A stretch of 40,444 nt of DNA. Source: a virus. Made by a program: the position numbers and the translations under genes. Below the pieces are notes generated by a model that worked only from the letters and a program-made list of their open reading frames with translations, made no database searches and had not been told where the DNA came from. Positions 9,023 through 17,495 of the stretch are shown piece by piece. The stretch's first letter is position 1; the number at the start of each line of letters is the position of its first letter. Location of the stretch: positions 1 through 40,444 of the IMG/VR virus record IMGVR_UViG_3300025018_000052. One strand, given 5' to 3'.

Positions 9023-10063
9023 ATGAAGGAATACAGAATGGGGAGCGGTTTGTTCACACCAACATTTAGACAAATGGTGGACGATCTTACTCCAAAAACA
9101 CCAATTACTTACAGCGAAACGCTTAATATAGCCAATACGGCTTTTATTAAGGATGGTGCAGGTTCTAAAGGTGTGATCAGTTTGAAGGCTAAAAAAGTTT
9201 TGGACTTAACAGGTGTGAGGGTTGGATCTTTCTGGGGAAGGCCAGAAAACATGCAGTACGAAAAACAATTGCAAGCCTTGGTTAAAACGGATGGGTCGGC
9301 AACTCTTACTGTTTATGATGGATCTATTGATCTTGAGAAAATGTTTGAGAGTGTTACAAAAGGTCGATACATGGTAAAGGTTTACGACAATCAGGGACGG
9401 TCTCTTTATGGTTGGGTTGGTGGAATTGCTAAATCCGGAAACACTTATGTTTTTGATGTTTTTAATTCAGTTAGTTTAGCAACCCAAAATTGGTTTCAAG
9501 GAGACGCAACAGACTTTAGCTCAAGCCTTGCAACTGTTCAGGTTTACAAAAATACTTCGTCCATATTGTTTGGCTCTTCTGATACTTTTACAGAAGAGGT
9601 TCCATTAGGGGAAGACTTGGCTGAATTGATGGTTCTATCTTCTTTATCAGACGGACAATATGCAGTTAATTATGAAGAAGGTATTATATATTTTTCCAAA
9701 AAGAATGCAGATGACACGGAGGCTATTACTTACAAAACCTATGCGGTTTATCCTTTTGTTACATCTTCTGATGTTGATTCTGATCCCTCTCCGGCTTCTT
9801 TAGTAAGAACTCCGGGGACACACACTATAACTTTAGGTGCTGGTGCAACGGCCCTTAATCCTACAAGCCTTCCTGTTTATAAATTTACGGTTCAGAATCC
9901 AGCCGGAAACGCAGAGGTTTATGTTGGGGATTCTGGGGTTTTAACAACAACAGGTCAAACAATGTATGCAACAGGAACTTTTTCTGAAGAGTTTGTGGAT
10001 CTCAATCAGGTCTATGCAATTGGAACTCCTGGCCAAATAGTGAGGGTATTTTATACTAAATAA
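9023..10063 (+). CDS. Hypothetical virion structural protein
   Basis: 346-aa ORF inside the morphogenesis block with a beta-rich composition. No motif recognised. Confidence 0.45.
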   Translation: MKEYRMGSGLFTPTFRQMVDDLTPKTPITYSETLNIANTAFIKDGAGSKGVISLKAKKVLDLTGVRVGSFWGRPENMQYEKQLQALVKTDGSATLTVYDGSIDLEKMFESVTKGRYMVKVYDNQGRSLYGWVGGIAKSGNTYVFDVFNSVSLATQNWFQGDATDFSSSLATVQVYKNTSSILFGSSDTFTEEVPLGEDLAELMVLSSLSDGQYAVNYEEGIIYFSKKNADDTEAITYKTYAVYPFVTSSDVDSDPSPASLVRTPGTHTITLGAGATALNPTSLPVYKFTVQNPAGNAEVYVGDSGVLTTTGQTMYATGTFSEEFVDLNQVYAIGTPGQIVRVFYTK

Positions 10064-10073
10064 TTTAAAAAAT

Positions 10074-11153
10074 ATGTTTAAAAAATTAGTTTTATTTCTG
10101 ATATTATTATTAACACTTTCACAAAGTGGGCATGCAGTAAGTGTCAATAATTTTTTGGTCCCATGTGGTCCAACTGGGTTGTGTGCAACAACTCAATATA
10201 AGGATTTAGGAACGGACACTTCAAGGCTTGGAACAATTTATGCGGATAATATAAATATATCTACGGCTCTAGTTCTTGGTGGGGCGGTATCAGGCAATCT
10301 TGCAATGGGAGGCTTCAACATAACAAACGCTCGAAATGTTTACATGGACGCAGATAGCAATTCAGGATTCGGAAGTACAGCGGATAATGTTATTGACCTT
10401 TTTGCAAATGGTTTGTCTTATATTAAGTTTGGAATTAATACAATGGGCTTTCAAGGTGGCAGTCCGACAATTAGCACAATCTCAAATGCTTCGCTTGCAA
10501 TCGTACCAAACGGCTCAGGCAAAGTTAGAATCGGAGACGCCTATACAACGCCTTTAAGTTTATCTACAGACAATGATTCACTTCTAATCACTAAAGATAT
10601 TGAAATCGGAGACACAATCTTTACAGGCGGTCAAACAATGGCAACAAACCGTGGAGATGTACCTTGGATAACAATGACGACAACTTCGGCAAGTCCAGCA
10701 GGCACAGCTCATAGCTTACCGATTTTGAATAATGGTTTTTTGATGGGTAATTTTTACAGTGAAGCAGACGGTGCAGGAGGCTTACAGAACAGGGAATTAA
10801 GAGTCCCCGCTTTAAGGTCTTATGGAAGAATACAGGCAAAACAAGGAACAGATATCGCAAGTGCAACTAACATTGTAATTCCAACAGACGGAAATGTTTT
10901 TGAGCTTACAGGAACAACAAAAGTAGATTTAATATCTAATCTTGGTTGGCAAGAGGGTTCAGAAATTACTCTTGTATGTAATGAAAGCGTAACTATAGAC
11001 AATGGAACAGCGACAAGTGGAACGAATATAACAATTAAACTTGCAGGAGGTTCTGATTTATCTTGTACAGCAGGCGATGTTTTGAAGTTGACTTTATTGT
11101 CTACAACAGCAGGCGGACAAGCTTGGCTAGAAGTTTCGAGAAGCGTAAACTAA
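10074..11153 (+). CDS. Fibre-like protein with an N-terminal Sec-type signal peptide
   Basis: The N-terminus MFKKLVLFLILLLTLSQSGHA-VS has a basic n-region, a hydrophobic core and an A-x-A-like site. SRLGTIYADNINIS resembles a motif common in phage tail-fibre stems. Confidence 0.5.
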   Translation: MFKKLVLFLILLLTLSQSGHAVSVNNFLVPCGPTGLCATTQYKDLGTDTSRLGTIYADNINISTALVLGGAVSGNLAMGGFNITNARNVYMDADSNSGFGSTADNVIDLFANGLSYIKFGINTMGFQGGSPTISTISNASLAIVPNGSGKVRIGDAYTTPLSLSTDNDSLLITKDIEIGDTIFTGGQTMATNRGDVPWITMTTTSASPAGTAHSLPILNNGFLMGNFYSEADGAGGLQNRELRVPALRSYGRIQAKQGTDIASATNIVIPTDGNVFELTGTTKVDLISNLGWQEGSEITLVCNESVTIDNGTATSGTNITIKLAGGSDLSCTAGDVLKLTLLSTTAGGQAWLEVSRSVN

Positions 11154-11165
11154 CACTTTTGATTT

Positions 11166-12557
11166 ATGAAAAAAATATTACAAAAAATATCGGCAGTCTT
11201 AATTCTAACGCTCTTGCTCGGGGTTATTCCTGCGAGTGCAGGGGTGAGTAATCGGGATGAAAACCTTACAGCAGACGGGGATATGGAGAAGGCAGGTACA
11301 ACTGCTTTTGCTACAATTAATTCAGCCGTACTTTCTAAAGAAACTGGGGCTTTAAATACAACAGGAACTCAAGTTTTACGGGTTACAAATAACGGGGCTT
11401 CACAGGGAGCGGCAAGGTTTAATCCCCATATCATGGTAACTGCTGGCTCGCAATACAGAATAAGCGGTCAAGTGAGATGTTCAGATGCTACGCTCAATCC
11501 ATACCTCTATAGGATAACTGGCACTTCACAACTTCTATGGAGTGGAACAACAGGAACAGCCATTCAGTTTTTTGATTTTGTGTCGACGATGACATTAGAT
11601 GGGTACTTGGCATTATATAATAATGAGGGGGGTGGGGCTCCTTTCGACCAATATTGTGAATGGGATAACATTTCGGTCACCCGATATTACGGCAAGGTGC
11701 AGAATAGAGATGTAAACTTATTAGCAGACGGAGATATGGAGGCAACAGGTACAACAAGTTGGTCTTTTACAGGTGCGACAACTGGGACAAAGCAAGCAGG
11801 AGCAAGTGACTTGCAAGGGTCGAGAGTTTTGAGGCTTTTTAGAAATACAACTGGGGCAGGTGCTTCGCAATTAACTAATCAATTGTTTGCTGGTGTTCCT
11901 TATAAAATAACAGGGCGAGCGAGGGGTGACGGTACTAATGCCCCAATAATATTACAGTCTACGGGTAGTACTGGAGGAGCTCCATGGACTGGCACGACTT
12001 CTACAAGTTGGCAGGGTATAGATGTTGTATATACGCCAGCCACTACTGGGACTTTCTGGCTTTATGCAGGACAAAATGACGGTGCTTATACTGAATGGGA
12101 CAATATGTCAGTCACTCGCTATTACGGAACGGTGCAGAATCGGGATTTACAACTTGTTAATGACGGCAGTTTTGAAATGACTGGTACAGCATCATTTTCT
12201 GGACAAAATGGGGCAACTTTAACAAAAGTCGCAGGAGTTCCAGAACAAGAAGGCACTCAGGCAGTAAGAATCACTAGTGCTGGTGTTAATGGGAGAATGG
12301 CGACAAGTGCGAATGTAGTGGCTGGAACAACATATAGATACAGAGGTTGGTGCAGGGGTGATGGAGCTGCAGCAATTCCACGCCTAAATTTAATCGGTTT
12401 TGAATCAGTTGATTTAGGGTGCACAGCTGGCACAGCTTGGCAATATTTTGATGTAACACTTAAAGCGAATTTTTCGGCACAAATTGCCTATCTTAACATC
12501 AATACAACGCTTGGCTGGACTGAACTTGATAACATTTCTATTACTAAACTTTATTAA
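11166..12557 (+). CDS. Secreted protein with three tandem carbohydrate-binding-module-like (CBM4_9/galactose-binding-like) repeats
   Basis: Signal peptide MKKILQKISAVLILTLLLGVIPASA. There are three repeats of about 145-150 aa (nt 11250-11702, 11703-12137, 12138-12554). Each repeat opens with NRDxNLxADGDME/NDGSFE..GT. The first two repeats close with EWDNxSVTRYYGxVQ and the third with ELDNISITKLY. Confidence 0.6.
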   Translation: MKKILQKISAVLILTLLLGVIPASAGVSNRDENLTADGDMEKAGTTAFATINSAVLSKETGALNTTGTQVLRVTNNGASQGAARFNPHIMVTAGSQYRISGQVRCSDATLNPYLYRITGTSQLLWSGTTGTAIQFFDFVSTMTLDGYLALYNNEGGGAPFDQYCEWDNISVTRYYGKVQNRDVNLLADGDMEATGTTSWSFTGATTGTKQAGASDLQGSRVLRLFRNTTGAGASQLTNQLFAGVPYKITGRARGDGTNAPIILQSTGSTGGAPWTGTTSTSWQGIDVVYTPATTGTFWLYAGQNDGAYTEWDNMSVTRYYGTVQNRDLQLVNDGSFEMTGTASFSGQNGATLTKVAGVPEQEGTQAVRITSAGVNGRMATSANVVAGTTYRYRGWCRGDGAAAIPRLNLIGFESVDLGCTAGTAWQYFDVTLKANFSAQIAYLNINTTLGWTELDNISITKLY

Positions 12558-12566
12558 TTTTTAAAC

Positions 12567-13088
12567 ATGGATACAAAACAATTAACAGCATTACTAACAG
12601 GGGCGGTTATAATATCAAGCGGATTGACTTATACAGCAACTGAATTGACAGGGGAAGAAGTACTCAAAGAGGGTGAAGAAACACCGATTGTTGAGGAAGT
12701 GCCTGCGGTTCCAGCAGTTATTTACGTGGATAATTTGTGTGGTCCGGACAAATTACATACAAGTATTGGAGAGGTTCACTTATGTGCAGATGAAAATATT
12801 TACACACAAGTTAAAAATTCAATAATAGAAGATTTTCAAACAGTTGAAGAAAGGTTTGAAAACGAGAAAGGGGAGCCTTGTGAAGAGGGATTGGAAGGAT
12901 GTAACAAAGTGAGATTTAATATAAAATGGGTAAACAAAGATGTTTATCCTGTCATTGTTGTTAAGGAAGATTTAAAAGATGGTAAGTCAGACTTTTTAAA
13001 TGTTTCACAAGTGGACGCAGATCTTGCTACAAGTCAAATTCTTGAAATATTAGGGGAGGTAACTCCTTCACTCGAAATAATTAAATAA
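12567..13088 (+). CDS. Hypothetical protein with an N-terminal transmembrane anchor and an acidic ectodomain
   Basis: 173 aa. LTALLTGAVIISSGLTYTA is a hydrophobic helix, followed by an E-rich segment. Confidence 0.45.
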   Translation: MDTKQLTALLTGAVIISSGLTYTATELTGEEVLKEGEETPIVEEVPAVPAVIYVDNLCGPDKLHTSIGEVHLCADENIYTQVKNSIIEDFQTVEERFENEKGEPCEEGLEGCNKVRFNIKWVNKDVYPVIVVKEDLKDGKSDFLNVSQVDADLATSQILEILGEVTPSLEIIK

Positions 13089-13097
13089 TTAATTAAT

Positions 13098-13319
13098 ATG
13101 AAAAAAACATCACAAAACGCATGGTCTTTTCTAAAAATGGTTTTCACTCATAAAAGAATGAAAGCTTTGTATTGGAGTATCGCTGGTATGGCTTTACCTA
13201 TAATTGGGGGTGTTGTTTTGGAAGTTTTACCGCAGTTTGGAGTTAAGGAGACCGTAATTGTTTTTGTAGGCCTTATAATTGCACAAATAACAAAAGCCAT
13301 TAATACATCATCTAAATGA
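13098..13319 (+). CDS. Small two-TM membrane protein (holin-like)
   Basis: 73 aa with two hydrophobic helices (ALYWSIAGMALPIIGGVVLEVL and TVIVFVGLIIAQI) and a charged C-terminus. ATGA overlap with the next ORF. Confidence 0.45.
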   Translation: MKKTSQNAWSFLKMVFTHKRMKALYWSIAGMALPIIGGVVLEVLPQFGVKETVIVFVGLIIAQITKAINTSSK

Positions 13320-13552
13320 ATCTAGAAGTTGTAAAAGTCATTACAGAAGCGGGTAGCGTAGGAGTTTCGGCGGGGCTTATGTTTCTCTTTTATAGGCTTG
13401 CAGTACTCTTTAACAAAACAATGAACAATCACTTTGCACATACTGAAATGGCCTATAGGGACTTAGTAAAAGTTTTGGATAAACACACGGAGGTTTTGAA
13501 TGAAGTGTCAGTAACTATTAGTGGATGTAAAAATAATAAATATAATAGATAA
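13316..13552 (+). CDS. Small single-TM membrane protein (holin/antiholin-like)
   Basis: 78 aa with one N-proximal helix (GSVGVSAGLMFLFYRLAVLF) and a polar C-terminal half. Translationally coupled to the preceding ORF. Confidence 0.4.
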   Translation: MNLEVVKVITEAGSVGVSAGLMFLFYRLAVLFNKTMNNHFAHTEMAYRDLVKVLDKHTEVLNEVSVTISGCKNNKYNR

Positions 13553-13553
13553 A

Positions 13554-14381
13554 ATGGCAAATTACATAAATATGGACATGACATTGGGGGACTTAACTAA
13601 TTATATTCTCACTGAATATAAGGAGCCTATTGCGGGGAGTCTCGAAATGTCAGTAGATAATGTAGAAGACAAGATAAATGAGACTTACATGGATATTTTT
13701 AATTCTCCGGAGCTTGTATCTTTTGATAAAAGATCTACTTATTCTTTTTCGGTTGTTGAAGATCAGTTACTAGATGGAGATATTTTAGCAGGAGCAGTCA
13801 CTTTGAATCTTGTAGACGCAAGTGAGTGGCCAAACACTGGGTATGCTTGTATTGATGGGCATGATTTTTTTACTTATACAGGAAAGTCTTCTAATCAACT
13901 AACTGGTGTTACAGGGCTAAAAACCAATCATCTATCCAACGAAAATGTAAAACTTGGATATTCGGTCCCGGCAGATATTAATTATGGAGGAATTGAGAAT
14001 CCGATCCTTACAAGTTTGGTCCCATATACTTATGTAGAGCCTGGAAGTTTTTTCAACAACACTTTGAGTTTTTCTTATACAATTTTTAAAAACAAAATCT
14101 TTGTATCTTCGTCAGATAGCAGAATTTTCTCATTCTTTTATGAAGTCTTATTGACTGCACTTTCGACAACATCAGACAAGCCGTCCTTAATTCCGGGTAG
14201 TTTTAGACCGGCACTATTAGGATCAGGAGCTATTGCTAAGCTCGGAGTACGGGATGATATGAGATCTGGTTGGGATTATCACTTTCAAAGGTATCAAGTT
14301 GAACTCAAAAAGTTCATAGCAAAACAAAACAATCCCGTTAAAAGTCGGCCCGGGGCTACAAGGCCGACAATCTATGACTAA
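13554..14381 (+). CDS. Hypothetical tail/virion structural protein
   Basis: The ORF is open from a GTG at 13521. The ATG at 13554 sits 1 nt after the upstream stop and is preferred. About 275 aa, and the stop overlaps the next start. Confidence 0.45.
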   Translation: MANYINMDMTLGDLTNYILTEYKEPIAGSLEMSVDNVEDKINETYMDIFNSPELVSFDKRSTYSFSVVEDQLLDGDILAGAVTLNLVDASEWPNTGYACIDGHDFFTYTGKSSNQLTGVTGLKTNHLSNENVKLGYSVPADINYGGIENPILTSLVPYTYVEPGSFFNNTLSFSYTIFKNKIFVSSSDSRIFSFFYEVLLTALSTTSDKPSLIPGSFRPALLGSGAIAKLGVRDDMRSGWDYHFQRYQVELKKFIAKQNNPVKSRPGATRPTIYD

Positions 14382-15967
14382 TGCAAAAAGGACTCACAAA
14401 ACATGATTTTTATTTGTTTAAAGGGGTAAATGCTTTCGGAGAAGAAAACCGGATTCCTTATGATTCTTTGTTTTATGCAGAAAATTGCAGATTTGATGGT
14501 TTTAGACTTACTAATAGACCGGGGTATCAAGCTTTTTATGAGGGGTTGTCGGGTGGCACTAATGTCAAAGGGCTTTTCAATTATCCTGTTTATAATCATG
14601 TTCTGGGAAATACTGAATACTTAGTTGCTTATTATAATTCAAATTTTCATAGAATAGATCCAAACACAATGGATGTGGAAACAATTGCTCCTACGGGGTG
14701 GACAGCTACAGATTCTGCGGTTGAAGGGTTACCTTACAGGGATAGTTTGTATGTTTGTGATGGAAACAATTTAATTGGGAAAATTACAGATACTAGCTTT
14801 GATGTTATAGCTGATTCCCCTAAAGCAATGTTTTTGGAAACTTGGCTTGAGAAAATGTGGACGGTATCAAGTACAGCAGTATCAACTGTTTTATATTCAA
14901 GAACAGCAACGGCTTCCAATCCGGAATATATAGAAGACTGGACTACTGTAGGTGGTGCAGGTGCAGAACTTATTGGATCGGGAGGAAGACTCACGGGGCT
15001 TAAAAAATTAAACACTTCTTTGTATGCTTTTAAAGCAGACGCAATTGAGCAATTTTATGACTTTGACTTATCGGGAGTAGTTCCCGTTGCTATTCATCGT
15101 CCTTTAGCAGTAACAGCAGGTGCAGTTGGTCAAAAGTCTATAACACTTGTCGAGAATGATATTTGGTTCTTAACTCCGGACCTTGAAATAAGAAGTTTGG
15201 GTCAAGAGGCTAATTATTCTTCTGAATCTCCGAGAACACGAGATCTTTCTAATACTTTAGCAAGATATAAAAAACAACTCGATCCAGATCAATCTGGTGC
15301 AGTAGCCGTATATCATAAAGGAATATTTAAACTTTCATTGAAGACATTGGGATCTGCGAGCAATAATATTAAGTTTGTTTGGGATTTTAACTCTAAGATG
15401 TGGTCTTTTGACAAAGACACCTCTCAAACAAATTATTGTATCAATACTGGGAATTTGTATTTTGTTACAGATGGTCTTTCCGAGAAAATATATAGAGATA
15501 ATGTTGGGTATTCAGATAACGGTTTTGCTATGAGTTGGTCCGCTACTACTGGATTGTTTGACGATGGATCTCCGGATATTAAAAAACATGCAAGGTATTT
15601 GGTTGTGAGAGGAAAAAGAAGTAAAGGGGCTACAATAGTTCTTAATTTACTGGGGGAAGATAGGCAAGTTTTAGAAACGCATGTTATTCCCGAACCAACA
15701 GAGGCGGAAATGGCAGTGGTTGATAGGGAAGTTGAAGACGCTTTCTTGCAATTTGGTGATGATCTGGTTGGTGGTTTTGGGTACAACGGGGAATCCTCCG
15801 ACGGTCCCGCAACTTACCGGTTCAATGTCAAATTCTCTTGTAATTCAAACTCAAGAATGTTTGGTCTTAAATTTGATTCTTCTCTTAATGCAAAAAAAGT
15901 GGCTATAGATGAGGCTAAAATATATTACATTCCACGTGGATTAAATTCTTATAATATAACTTCTTAA
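14381..15967 (+). CDS. Hypothetical tail structural protein
   Basis: 528-aa beta-rich ORF, coupled to the upstream gene (TAATG) and followed by a fibre gene. Positional inference only. Confidence 0.45.
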   Translation: MQKGLTKHDFYLFKGVNAFGEENRIPYDSLFYAENCRFDGFRLTNRPGYQAFYEGLSGGTNVKGLFNYPVYNHVLGNTEYLVAYYNSNFHRIDPNTMDVETIAPTGWTATDSAVEGLPYRDSLYVCDGNNLIGKITDTSFDVIADSPKAMFLETWLEKMWTVSSTAVSTVLYSRTATASNPEYIEDWTTVGGAGAELIGSGGRLTGLKKLNTSLYAFKADAIEQFYDFDLSGVVPVAIHRPLAVTAGAVGQKSITLVENDIWFLTPDLEIRSLGQEANYSSESPRTRDLSNTLARYKKQLDPDQSGAVAVYHKGIFKLSLKTLGSASNNIKFVWDFNSKMWSFDKDTSQTNYCINTGNLYFVTDGLSEKIYRDNVGYSDNGFAMSWSATTGLFDDGSPDIKKHARYLVVRGKRSKGATIVLNLLGEDRQVLETHVIPEPTEAEMAVVDREVEDAFLQFGDDLVGGFGYNGESSDGPATYRFNVKFSCNSNSRMFGLKFDSSLNAKKVAIDEAKIYYIPRGLNSYNITS

Positions 15968-15970
15968 AAT

Positions 15971-17470
15971 ATGAAAGTACAAACAAGATTTGAGACGACA
16001 TTGAATGGAGAACTTACGGACGTTTTAACAACAATAACTGTTGACGCAGTTCCTGTTAATACTATCGGATATTTGACGATTGGTAGGGGAACGGCCAATG
16101 AGGAAGACATCAAGTACTTAAACATTTCAGGTCTACAATTAGTATCTTGTTTAAGGGGCTTGTCAAAAACAGCCCTTACAGATACGGAGGTTTTGGCAAA
16201 TAAAAAGGCTCATTCAGATGGAGAAACTGTAGAATCTACAATTGTTCATTATATCGTTAATGAAAAAACAGACAGGAGTGAGGATGAGATTATTACTGGT
16301 CAGTGGTCCTTTGATGACGCAAGAAGTTCTGATGACTCGGCACCAACAGAGGATGAGGCTTTTACTAATAAAAAATATGTAGATGATAATTTTTTCTTAA
16401 AGGCAGACATAGACACGGATGACACCTTAAGTGCTAATTCTGATACAAAGGTCCCTTCTCAAAAGGCTATTAAGAAATTTGTGGAGGATGAAGTTGCTGG
16501 TGTTGCAGATTTTCCACAGCCTTTGGCAACGGCAATTTCAGATGTAACGGCAACGGCAAGTGAGGTCAATCAATTGTCCGGTGTCTCTTTTATTACAGAC
16601 CACACAATATATACTCCGGCCTACTTAACAACGGGTACGTCCGCGACTTCTAATTATCTATTGTGGGGCGCTCTTACTGATGGTTCTTTCAGGTGTACTA
16701 TTGATGGAACTTTGAGAAATATAACTGGAATAAATACAGTTGATACAGTCTCTATGGCTGATGTGGCAAGTAGAATCCAAACAGCGATTAGGGCAGTTAC
16801 GGGTGGTTTAGAGACTTGTGTTTGGTCTACAAACAAATTTATTATCACTTCGGGAAACACAACTTCATCAAGCGCAATTACAGTATTAAGTGCAGTTGGA
16901 AGTGGTACGGATATTTCAGGCGCTACGGCAGGAGATCCAAATATGGATGGAGATACTGGAAATGGAGTCGTTACTAATAAAGTTATAAATGCAAGTGCAG
17001 ATTCGGGAAAAATTGGAAAACTAAATGCCGAGGGGAATTATAGCAGAAACTTATTGCAAGATTTTGATGCGAAAGGAGATTTATATGTGGGCTCTGGAAA
17101 TGGAACGGGGACTTTGCTGGGGGTTGGAACAAACGGGAAAGTTTTGACAGCAGATAGTGTAGAGGCTGGTGGCTTGAAGTGGGTCGCCCCAAAAACAATG
17201 GGGAACGAAAGTGCTTTACATACCAACGCGGATGGTAGTGGAACATTTGCAAGTGACGGTTTTGCGATAATTTACACATACTGGACTGGTGGAACGACAA
17301 CTGGAGTGGCAACTATTACATTAAACGGAGCAAATTACAGCGCTCAAGCTGGGTCTATGCAGTCGGCAGATGGCGTTAGAGTTGCAAGGTGCTTCCCCGT
17401 TAAGAGCGGTGAATCGTATACTTTTACGGGAACAAATTATCGAGGATTACTTTTTAGGCCATTGGCTTAA
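15971..17470 (+). CDS. Putative tail fibre protein
   Basis: 499 aa. The segments TEDEAFTNKKYVDDNF and LSANSDTKVPSQKAIKKFVEDEV match short motifs that recur in phage tail-fibre N-terminal regions. The distal half is rich in G/T/S. Confidence 0.6.
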   Translation: MKVQTRFETTLNGELTDVLTTITVDAVPVNTIGYLTIGRGTANEEDIKYLNISGLQLVSCLRGLSKTALTDTEVLANKKAHSDGETVESTIVHYIVNEKTDRSEDEIITGQWSFDDARSSDDSAPTEDEAFTNKKYVDDNFFLKADIDTDDTLSANSDTKVPSQKAIKKFVEDEVAGVADFPQPLATAISDVTATASEVNQLSGVSFITDHTIYTPAYLTTGTSATSNYLLWGALTDGSFRCTIDGTLRNITGINTVDTVSMADVASRIQTAIRAVTGGLETCVWSTNKFIITSGNTTSSSAITVLSAVGSGTDISGATAGDPNMDGDTGNGVVTNKVINASADSGKIGKLNAEGNYSRNLLQDFDAKGDLYVGSGNGTGTLLGVGTNGKVLTADSVEAGGLKWVAPKTMGNESALHTNADGSGTFASDGFAIIYTYWTGGTTTGVATITLNGANYSAQAGSMQSADGVRVARCFPVKSGESYTFTGTNYRGLLFRPLA

Positions 17471-17495
17471 AACTTTAAATAAATTAACTTAATAT

